DNA of 52,551 nt from Candidatus Eiseniibacteriota bacterium (GTDB lineage: Bacteria; Eisenbacteria; RBG-16-71-46), in assembly GCA_044222065.1 (NCBI GenBank), contig JBGAOA010000027.1, positions 1-52,551 of the forward strand, read 5' to 3'. The translations under genes were made by a program, and so were the position numbers. The notes beneath the pieces were generated by a model. It was given only the letters and a program-made list of their open reading frames with translations. It searched no databases and was not told where the DNA came from. The stretch's first letter is position 1; each line of letters opens with the position of its first letter. Positions 28,177 through 36,140 of this stretch are shown one piece after another.

Positions 28177-29820
28177 TCAGAACATCGACGCTTCGAGCTT
28201 CACGTCGGCGCGCGCCCACGCGCGCTTGAAGCGCTCGGCGACCGCCGCGGCTTCCTTCGTGCGGCCCTGCATCTCGAGCGCGCGCTGCAGTCCGAACAAC
28301 GACCAGCCGTTCTCGGGGTGGCGCAGCAGATCCTCGCGGTAGACGGTCTCGGCCTCGTGCGAGCGGCCGGCGACGAGCAGCTCCGCTCCGAGACGCTGGC
28401 GCACGGGCGAGTACCACGTCGGCGGCTCGTCGTAGTGCAGGCTGTCCTCGGCGGCGACGGCCGCCTTGAACGCCGCGATCGCCTCCTGCCGCCGCGTGCG
28501 CCGCCCCGCGATCTCGCCTTCGAGCGCGTGCACCGCGACGCGCAGCAGCGGCGCCGCGTAGTTGATGCTGATCATCATGTCGGCGGGAATGCCCGTGGCC
28601 GCCCGCCGCAGCGCCGCGAGGTGCGAGGCCGCGCCCGCCTCGTCCTGTCCGACGGCGGCGGCGAGACCCTGCGCGTAGTGCCACATCGCGCGCGAATACA
28701 CCTGCTCCTCGGGCGGCGCCTTCGTCGCCAGCAGCGCCTTCCACTTTCCGAAACGCAGCAGCGTCAGGAACTCGTACGTCGAGACGAACTGGATCATCGG
28801 CATCTGCGCGAGCACCGAGTCCGGGACGTTGCCGGCCATCTTGCGCGCCGCCGCGAGCGACTCGGCGCTGCGGCCCTCCATCATCGCGCAGAACCACACG
28901 AACTGGATGTTGTGGTTGTAGTACATGAGCGGGTAGAGGCCCTGCGGCTTCTGCTCGGCGATGTACTTCTCGTCCACCGCCATCGCGATCTGGTTGCGGC
29001 GCACCGCGTCGTCGTAGCGCCCGGTGCGCGCGTAGATGTGCGACGGCATGTGCACGAGGTGCCCCGCGCCCGGCACGAGGGCCTCGAGCCGCTTCGCCGC
29101 CGCGTTCGCGCGCTCCGGGTGCGGCGAGGCCTCGACGGCGTGGATGTAGAAGTGGTTCGCGCCCGGATGATCCGGCGCGAGCTTCATCGCGGTCTCGAGC
29201 GCCGCGAGCGCCTCGAGCGTTCCGGGATTCGGCTTGCCGTCGTCGCGCCACTGGTTCCACGGGTTCAAGTCGAGCAGCGATTCGCCGAAGAGCGCCCACG
29301 CGTCCGCGTCCTTCGGGTGCTTCTTCGCGAGCGCGCGCATCGCGTTCGCGTAGGCCGAGTCGAGTTCGGCGCGCGTCGAGCCCTTCGCGGCGTAGCGCGT
29401 CGCGAGTGCCGCGATCCACTCGCGCTCGAGCGCGCCCGCGTCGGCGGCGAGCGCCTGCGCCTTGCCGATCGCATCGAGCGCTTCGGCGCCCATCGCGTCG
29501 TCCATCGGCAGGTTGATGTTCGGCCCGTTCGCGTAGGCGACGCCCCACCACGCCATCGCGCAGCGCGGATCGAGCCGGGCCGCCTCGCGGAACGCGCGGA
29601 TCGCCTCGGCGTGATTGAAGCCGTAGCAGAGCACGAGGCCCTGGTCGAAGTAGCGCTGCGCTTCGGGCGACGCGGTCGTGATCGCACGATGCCACGAGCC
29701 GAGGTCGCCGTAGAGCGGCGGCGCGTCGGCGGGCGCGTCCGCGGCGGGCGGCATGGAGTGGTCGGCGAACGCCGGCGCTGCGGCGAGCGCGACGAGGCAC
29801 GCGAGGGCGAGTCGGCGCAT
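28177..29820 (-). CDS. secreted TPR-repeat protein (conserved family)
   Basis: GGAGG RBS; signal peptide; motifs AQRYFDQGL..YGFNH, HPGANHFYIHAVE, HLVHMPSHIY and ENGWSLFGL. Confidence 0.9.
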   Translation of the reverse strand: MRRLALACLVALAAAPAFADHSMPPAADAPADAPPLYGDLGSWHRAITTASPEAQRYFDQGLVLCYGFNHAEAIRAFREAARLDPRCAMAWWGVAYANGPNINLPMDDAMGAEALDAIGKAQALAADAGALEREWIAALATRYAAKGSTRAELDSAYANAMRALAKKHPKDADAWALFGESLLDLNPWNQWRDDGKPNPGTLEALAALETAMKLAPDHPGANHFYIHAVEASPHPERANAAAKRLEALVPGAGHLVHMPSHIYARTGRYDDAVRRNQIAMAVDEKYIAEQKPQGLYPLMYYNHNIQFVWFCAMMEGRSAESLAAARKMAGNVPDSVLAQMPMIQFVSTYEFLTLLRFGKWKALLATKAPPEEQVYSRAMWHYAQGLAAAVGQDEAGAASHLAALRRAATGIPADMMISINYAAPLLRVAVHALEGEIAGRRTRRQEAIAAFKAAVAAEDSLHYDEPPTWYSPVRQRLGAELLVAGRSHEAETVYREDLLRHPENGWSLFGLQRALEMQGRTKEAAAVAERFKRAWARADVKLEASMF

Positions 29821-29858
29821 GACACCTCCGAGGCGGGCGAGCGAGCGGAACGCGGAGA

Positions 29859-31742
29859 TCAGCGCGGCAGTCTCACACGGAAGGCGGCGAGCCGGAAGCC
29901 GGATTCGTCGGCCGAGTCGGCCTCGCACGTCGCGTCGGCGGCGAGGAGCAGGCGCGCGAGCGTCTCGCGATCCGCCCACGTCTCGTCGGAATACGAGCGA
30001 TTCCACGCGGGCGAGCGCCGTCCGGCGAGCGCGACGAGCACGAGCCGCCCGGGGGTCGCCGCGGCGCGCAGCCGCGCGTCCACGAGCGAGTCCGCGGCGC
30101 CCTTCTCGAGCCACGGCGCGCGCTTCGGCAGCGACTCGAGCGGCAGCGACGGCCGCGTCTGCGCCGCGCGCCACGACAACAGTCCGGGGTTGAGCGGGTT
30201 CGAGTAGCCGAAGAACACGGGCGGCATGGTTTCGGCGGCCGCGCGCTCGATCGCGAAGTCCGCGGCGCGGAGCACCGTGGCGTCGGTGCGATAGAGCGCG
30301 CGACGCGCCGCCACGTCGCGCGGATCGGGGCGCACGCCGAGCGCGAGCGCGAACCCTGCCACCAACAGCGCCGTCCACGCGAGGGGCGCGAGGCCGCGCG
30401 GCGCTCGTTCGCACGCCGCCTCGCACAGCTCGACCGCAGCGCGCGCCGCGTTCACCCACGCGAGCCACGCGGTCGTGAAGAAGAAGCGCGGATCGTGGTA
30501 GCGATGGAGCCACGTGAGCACGAACGCCGCGACGAACGCGAGCCACAGGAGCCGCCGCGCCCGGCCGAGCGGACCGTTCACGAACGGCGGCAGGAACGCG
30601 AGCGCGAGCGCGAGCGCGCCGAGCCAGCCCCACGGCGCGTGGTGCTCCATGAACGCGCGCGGGTAGTAGAAGAGGCCGTCGAGCGTGAACGGCGACGGGC
30701 CGCTCGCGCGGTTGCCCGCGAACTCGACGAGCGCGCGCACGCGGTTCGGGTAGGGCAGGAGCAGCCACGCGACCACCGGCACGCCGCCCCAGAGGAGCGC
30801 CGTCCGCGTCGGGGCCGCGAGCGTGCGCCAGCGCGCGCGCCACGCCGCCGGGTTCCGCCGCCACGCGACCGCGAGCCACGCGAGCACGACGACGAGCAGC
30901 GCGTAGGCGCCGTTGCCCGGCGAGCGCATCGAGACGCGGCGGCCGGCGATCTCGACGACGCCTCCGCCCGTGAGCGCGATCGCGGCGAGCGCGATCGCCC
31001 ACACCAGCACGAGGAACGGCATTGGCTTGAGCCAGCCGCCGGCGCGCACCCATGCGAGTGCCGCGTCCCACGCGCGCCGGCGCGCCGCGGGCGCGGCGCG
31101 GAGGACGGCGTCGAGCGCGAGCGCCGCGAACCACATCAGCGCGTAGTTGTACTTGAACAGGAACAGCGCCGCGGCCGCGAGCCCGCACGCGATCGCCGGC
31201 CCGCGCGCGCCGCCGTCGCCGGACTCGCGCGCGTTCGAGAGCCGCGCGGCCGTGAACGCCGCGAGCGCGACGAGCGCCATGCCGGGCGCTTCCAGCATGC
31301 CGAGCCGCGCGAACGCGCGCAGGTCGGACGACGCGAGCGCGAGCGATGCCGCGAGGAGCCCGATCCAGGCGCCGCGCGTGCGCGAGAGCGCGAAGCCGGT
31401 CGCGAGCGCGAGGCCGACGATCGCGACGAACGCCGCGAGCGAGAGCCGCGCGGGCGTCTCGAAGCCGTCGCCGAGCGCGAGGAAGAAGGGTGCCGCGAGC
31501 AGCGAGTGGAGCGGCGGCCAGACGACCTGCGCGTTCACGGCGCGCAGCAGCCCTAAGACGTCGAAACCGCGGAGCGCGCGCGCGACTTCGAGTCCCGCGA
31601 ACCCCTGCGCGGCCTCGTCCCACAGCGGCACGCCGCCCGCCGGGCGCAGCGTCGAGCCCGCGAACGCGGCCACGACGCCGAGCGCCGCGCCGAGCGCGAC
31701 CGCGGCGCGCACGAGCCGCAGCGGCGCGCGCCCGTCCTGCAC
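29859..31742 (-). CDS. GT-C (GT39/ArnT-like) membrane glycosyltransferase
   Basis: PLWDEA, WPPLHS, MLE and LFKYNY motifs; many TM segments. Confidence 0.75.
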   Translation of the reverse strand: MQDGRAPLRLVRAAVALGAALGVVAAFAGSTLRPAGGVPLWDEAAQGFAGLEVARALRGFDVLGLLRAVNAQVVWPPLHSLLAAPFFLALGDGFETPARLSLAAFVAIVGLALATGFALSRTRGAWIGLLAASLALASSDLRAFARLGMLEAPGMALVALAAFTAARLSNARESGDGGARGPAIACGLAAAALFLFKYNYALMWFAALALDAVLRAAPAARRRAWDAALAWVRAGGWLKPMPFLVLVWAIALAAIALTGGGVVEIAGRRVSMRSPGNGAYALLVVVLAWLAVAWRRNPAAWRARWRTLAAPTRTALLWGGVPVVAWLLLPYPNRVRALVEFAGNRASGPSPFTLDGLFYYPRAFMEHHAPWGWLGALALALAFLPPFVNGPLGRARRLLWLAFVAAFVLTWLHRYHDPRFFFTTAWLAWVNAARAAVELCEAACERAPRGLAPLAWTALLVAGFALALGVRPDPRDVAARRALYRTDATVLRAADFAIERAAAETMPPVFFGYSNPLNPGLLSWRAAQTRPSLPLESLPKRAPWLEKGAADSLVDARLRAAATPGRLVLVALAGRRSPAWNRSYSDETWADRETLARLLLAADATCEADSADESGFRLAAFRVRLPR

Positions 31743-31746
31743 GGCG

Positions 31747-33039
31747 TTACTCGCCGACGCGGACGAGCTGGAAGAACTCCTCGTTCGTCTTCGTGCGCCC
31801 CAGGCGGTCCACGAGCTTCACCATGGCCTCCTGCGGCGGCATCTGGACGAGCACGCGGCGCAGCATCTGGTAGGTGCCGAGCTGCGCCGCCGGGATGAGC
31901 TTCTCTTCCTTGCGCGTGCCGCTCTTCGCGATGTCGATCGCCGGGTAGATGCGGCGTTCGGCGAGTTCGCGCGACAGGAAGATCTCGCTGTTCCCGGTGC
32001 CCTTGAACTCCTCGAAGATCACCTGGTCCATGCGCGAGCCCGTGTCCACGAGCGCGGTGCCGATGATCGTGAGCGAGCCGCCGTTCTCGATCTTGCGCGC
32101 CGAGCCGAAGATCTGCCGCGGCGACTGCATCGCGTTCGTGTCGAGGCCGCCCGACATCGTGCGGCCGCTGCCGTCGGCGTTGTTGTTGTAGGCGCGCGCG
32201 AGGCGCGTGATCGAATCGAGCAGCAGCAGCACGTCCTTGCCTTCGATCACCTTGGTCGCCACGACCTGCATGGCGTGCTCCGTCGTCTCGATGTGCTCTG
32301 CGATGCTCATGTCGCTCGAGGCGGCGATCACGTTCGCGGGCGTGTTGCGCTTGAAGTCGGTCACTTCCTCGGGCCGCTCGTCCACGAGCAGCGCGTAGAT
32401 CTCGACGTCCGGGTGGTTCGCCGCGACCGAGGCCGCGATCGCCTGCAGGATGCGCGTCTTGCCCGCCTTGGGCGGCGACACGATCAGGCAGCGCTGGCCG
32501 CGTCCGATCGGAGCGATCAGGTCGAGCGCGCGGCCGGTGATGCGGTCGCCGTACGGCGGCTCGCCCTGGCCGGGCCCGAGCTCGAGCACGAGACGCTCGG
32601 TGGGATCGAGCGCCGCGCCGACCTGCTGGAGATGCTTCAGGATCTCGAGTCCGCCGCTGCGGCCTTCGCCGCCGCGACCCGGGCGCCCGCGTCCGCGGCG
32701 CCTCATCTGGTTGCGCCCGCCGCCGCCCTGATCGGGGCGCGGGCCGCCCTGGCCGTTGTAAGGCTGCGGGGCGGTGTTGTTGATCGGCCGCGGGCCGCGG
32801 CCGCGACGACGGCGCCGGCGTCGGTTGCCCATTCCTGCGGGGCCGCCCATTCCGGGCTGGCCGCCCGAGCCCTGGGAGCCGCCGTTCGACGGTTCCGAGG
32901 ACGAGTCCATCGGGGCGTCCGAGTAGGACTCGGGTTGCGGAGCGAAGCCGGGATCGGCGGGCGTGTAGTCGGACGGTGCGGCGCTCGCCCCGGGCTCTCC
33001 GGGACGCATACCGCGCGGACGGCGACGGCGAGGTCTCAT
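31747..33039 (-). CDS. rho: Rho-family transcription termination ATPase lacking the OB RNA-binding domain
   Basis: PIGRGQR, SPPKAGKT, DERPEEVTD, LLDSITRLARAYN, IFEEFKGTGN and SGTRKEE. Confidence 0.93.
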   Translation of the reverse strand: MRPRRRRPRGMRPGEPGASAAPSDYTPADPGFAPQPESYSDAPMDSSSEPSNGGSQGSGGQPGMGGPAGMGNRRRRRRRGRGPRPINNTAPQPYNGQGGPRPDQGGGGRNQMRRRGRGRPGRGGEGRSGGLEILKHLQQVGAALDPTERLVLELGPGQGEPPYGDRITGRALDLIAPIGRGQRCLIVSPPKAGKTRILQAIAASVAANHPDVEIYALLVDERPEEVTDFKRNTPANVIAASSDMSIAEHIETTEHAMQVVATKVIEGKDVLLLLDSITRLARAYNNNADGSGRTMSGGLDTNAMQSPRQIFGSARKIENGGSLTIIGTALVDTGSRMDQVIFEEFKGTGNSEIFLSRELAERRIYPAIDIAKSGTRKEEKLIPAAQLGTYQMLRRVLVQMPPQEAMVKLVDRLGRTKTNEEFFQLVRVGE

Positions 33040-33494
33040 GAAGGGTTCCTGTACGAGCGCGATCGTGCGGGCGTCCGGATGGACGCGAGCGCGATGGCGC
33101 GCATGACTTCGTCGAATGCGTGCGCCGCATTCGCGGCAATCACGCGGCACGGCCCGCCGCGCGATGGGTTCGACTCGAAGCACTCCTCGAAGTTCGCCGC
33201 GACCGCGCCGTTCGGGGCGCAGGGCGACGACATCGATCGCTGGTTGCTCACCGGCGCGCCGACGTCACGCGCTGCAGTGGGACGCACCGTCTCGTGGTCG
33301 GACGCGACGTCCGTCCGGGATCCCCGTCGCGGCCGTATCGGCTCGTTCGACGCTCCCATCCGCACGGCCGGACGCACGAAGGTCCGACAGCGAGGCGAGA
33401 GGGGAACACGCGGGAGGATTTGTTCCTCGGAGTCCGCGGGCGCGCCTACGCGCGACTTCCGCTCACGACTCCGTCACTCACGGTGTGCGGCAGC

Positions 33495-33523
33495 ATTATC
33501 GGCGGGCACCCGGCGAAAGTCCA
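33495..33523 (-). promoter_or_regulatory. sigma70-like promoter upstream of rho
   Basis: TGGACT-N17-GATAAT on the minus strand. Confidence 0.5.
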
Positions 33524-33562
33524 GTGTCGAATCGCGGCCGGCGCGCCACGGGGTGAAATGCC

Positions 33563-35392
33563 TCAGCGCGCCGCGGCCGGCCGGCGGGCGAAGAGCGAGT
33601 CCGGGACCACGTACGGATAGCGCCCGACGAAGCCGCGCACGAGTCGCGCCTGGGCGCTGCGCGGCGGGTAGGAGCGCAGCATCGCGATCGCGCGCTCGAA
33701 GTCGTCGCGGATGCGGAGCCGCGCCGACTGCCCCGCGAGCCCGAGCCAGCCGATGGGCTGATCCGGCGCCCGCTCGGTCAGCAGCCCGAAGGCGCGGTGC
33801 GACGACTCGACGTCGCCCACGCGCAGCGCCGCGAGCCCCCACAAGATGAGGAGCCGCGGGTGCGGCGCGAGCGCGGCCGCGCGCGCCGCCGCGTCCGCCG
33901 CGCGCGGCCAGTCGCCGATGCGGAACGAGTGCGTGGCGAGGAAGTCCCACGTCATCGCCTGCGTGGCCGCGGGCCGCGCGGGCGGTCCGTTCACGTAGGC
34001 GCGCACTCGCGCGAGCCCGGCGGCGGTCGAGTGGTTGAGTGCGAGCCACTGGAGCGCCGGCACGAGCGCCGCGGCGATCAGCGCGGGAGCGAGCCGGCGC
34101 GGCACGGCGCCGCGCTCGATCGCGCGCGCGAGCGCGTACGCCGAGAGCAGCGCGAGCGCGACACCCGCGAACGCGAACACGTCCCAGTCGCGGAACACGC
34201 CCTGCTGCGGCATCACGAACACGAAGATCGGCGCGCACGCCGCGGCGAGCGTGCCGAACACGGCCCGCGCGCCGTCGTCGTCCGCCGCTCCGCCGGACGC
34301 GTCGCGCGGCGCGAAGGCGAGCGCGGCCGCGACGATCGCCCACGGCGCGAGCGCGAACACGATGTTCGCGACGTCGGCGGCGTGGACGAGCCGCTCGAAC
34401 GCGGGCGAAGGCGCCCCGGCCGTGGACCACGCGGGCCCGAGGTGGTGCGCGACGTCGAACGTCGCGACGAGCCTCGCGATGCGCGCGCCCGCGAGCGCAA
34501 GCGCGGCCGAAGCGAGCGCCGGCCCCGCGAGCCAGCGCCGGTTCGCGCGCTCACCCGCGTGCGCGCGCCACCCGCGCACCCACGCGACCGCGGCGAGCGG
34601 CAGGAGCACGACGCCGGAGCGATGGACGAACAACGCGAGCGCGACCGCGAGTCCCAGCGTGACGTGTCCGCGCCACTCACGGGCGACGCGCAGCGCCGCG
34701 TAGGCCGCGATCGCGACGAGCACGCACATCTCGCCCGAGGCCTTGCCGAGGCCGGTGAAGATCGTCGCGTAGCCGCCGCCGATCGCGCCCGTCACGAAGC
34801 ACCACGCCGCGGCGCCCCGCAGCGCGAGTGCGCGCGCCGTCCGCGCGGCGATCCACGCGAGCGCGGCCGCGTTCAGCGCGCCGAGCGCGCGCGAGTACGG
34901 CCCCGCGCGGTCCGGCGAATCGAGCGCGAGCCACTCGGGCAGCGCGCGGTGCAGGAACACGTCGAGCGGCATCGCCTGGAAGAAGCTGCCCGCCGAGATC
35001 ACGTCGCTGCCGGGCGAGCCCTGGCGCATCACGAAGTCGCCGACGAACCACAGCCGGTCGTCGAGCAGGAGGACCGCGGCCCCGCAGGCGAGCGCCGCGA
35101 GCCACGGCGGCGGCGGCGCGAGCCGCTCGGGCGGCCGCGCGAGCGCCTCTCCGAGCGCGGGCACGAGCAGCAGCGCGAGCGCGAGCGTCGGCAGCAGGCC
35201 GAGCGCCGCGGGCAGGAACGCGTGCGGCGTGAAACCCCACGCCCACATCGAGGGCCCGAGCCCGAACGCGATCCGCGCCGCGACCGAGACGAGCAGCGCG
35301 GCGAGCACGAGCGCACCGGCCGCTGGCGGAGTCGAGCCGTCGTGCGCGCCCGCGATCGCCCTGCGCGGAGACGCGCTGCGTTCGGCGCTCAT
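33563..35392 (-). CDS. polytopic membrane protein with C-terminal TPR, possibly GT-C-like
   Basis: Many TM segments; WFVGD and RDWD motifs; TPR-like tail. Confidence 0.75.
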   Translation of the reverse strand: MSAERSASPRRAIAGAHDGSTPPAAGALVLAALLVSVAARIAFGLGPSMWAWGFTPHAFLPAALGLLPTLALALLLVPALGEALARPPERLAPPPPWLAALACGAAVLLLDDRLWFVGDFVMRQGSPGSDVISAGSFFQAMPLDVFLHRALPEWLALDSPDRAGPYSRALGALNAAALAWIAARTARALALRGAAAWCFVTGAIGGGYATIFTGLGKASGEMCVLVAIAAYAALRVAREWRGHVTLGLAVALALFVHRSGVVLLPLAAVAWVRGWRAHAGERANRRWLAGPALASAALALAGARIARLVATFDVAHHLGPAWSTAGAPSPAFERLVHAADVANIVFALAPWAIVAAALAFAPRDASGGAADDDGARAVFGTLAAACAPIFVFVMPQQGVFRDWDVFAFAGVALALLSAYALARAIERGAVPRRLAPALIAAALVPALQWLALNHSTAAGLARVRAYVNGPPARPAATQAMTWDFLATHSFRIGDWPRAADAAARAAALAPHPRLLILWGLAALRVGDVESSHRAFGLLTERAPDQPIGWLGLAGQSARLRIRDDFERAIAMLRSYPPRSAQARLVRGFVGRYPYVVPDSLFARRPAAAR

Positions 35393-35423
35393 GCCGGCGG
35401 TCGCGGCGCCGCGGCGTCGCGCG

Positions 35424-35966
35424 TCAGCCGCCCCACTCGCGATCGCGCACGCCCGCCTTCGCGTTCGCCGCGCGCGCCATGACGAACAGCAGGTCGGCGA
35501 GGCGATTCAGGTAGGCGACGAGCCGCGGCTCGACCGCTTCGCCGTGACGCAGCGCCACGACGCGGCGCTCGGCGCGCCGGCACACGGTGCGCGCGCGGTG
35601 GAGTTCGGCCGCGAGCGGCGAGCCGCCCGGCACGATGAAGCGCGTCAGCTCGGGCAGCTCGCGGTCGAGCCGGTCGATCGCGTGCTCGATCGCGGCGACG
35701 TCGGCGTCCGAAACACGGCGCAGCTTCTCGAGCGCCTTCGGATTCTCGGCCGCGAGTTCCGCCCCGATCGAGAACAGCTGCGACTGGATCGCGTCGAGGT
35801 CGCCGGCGAACCAGCGCTCCGCGTCGTGCGTGAGCGCGACCCCGAGCGTGGCGTTCAGCTCGTCCACGGCCCCGTAGGCCTCGACGCGCGGATCGCTCTT
35901 CGCGACCCGCCGGGCGCCGATCAGGCCCGTCGTGCCGTCGTCCCCGGTGCGCGTGTAGATCTTCAT
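35424..35966 (-). CDS. pduO: ATP:cob(I)alamin adenosyltransferase, PduO type
   Basis: MKIYTRTGDDGTT, AYGAVDELN, RTVCRRAER and YLNRLADLLF. Confidence 0.95.
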   Translation of the reverse strand: MKIYTRTGDDGTTGLIGARRVAKSDPRVEAYGAVDELNATLGVALTHDAERWFAGDLDAIQSQLFSIGAELAAENPKALEKLRRVSDADVAAIEHAIDRLDRELPELTRFIVPGGSPLAAELHRARTVCRRAERRVVALRHGEAVEPRLVAYLNRLADLLFVMARAANAKAGVRDREWGG

Positions 35967-36140
35967 GGGGCGGGAATGTAGCGGAACGGCGCGGCCGCCG
36001 CCGGGCCCGCGCCCGGCCGGCCGCGAGCGGCGCCCGCGAGTTTCGCGCCCCCGACGCTTGCCTCCGCCGCGTCCGCGCGCCAGAATGCCCGGCCCTTGCG
36101 CACCCTGCGGTGCGCACGCCACCCGCACCCCGAAAGCCCG

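Noticed and set aside
28177..31623. 1148-aa ORF as a single protein
   Set aside because: The real TPR gene starts at 29820 with an RBS and signal peptide. The upstream part is an off-frame shadow of the glycosyltransferase.
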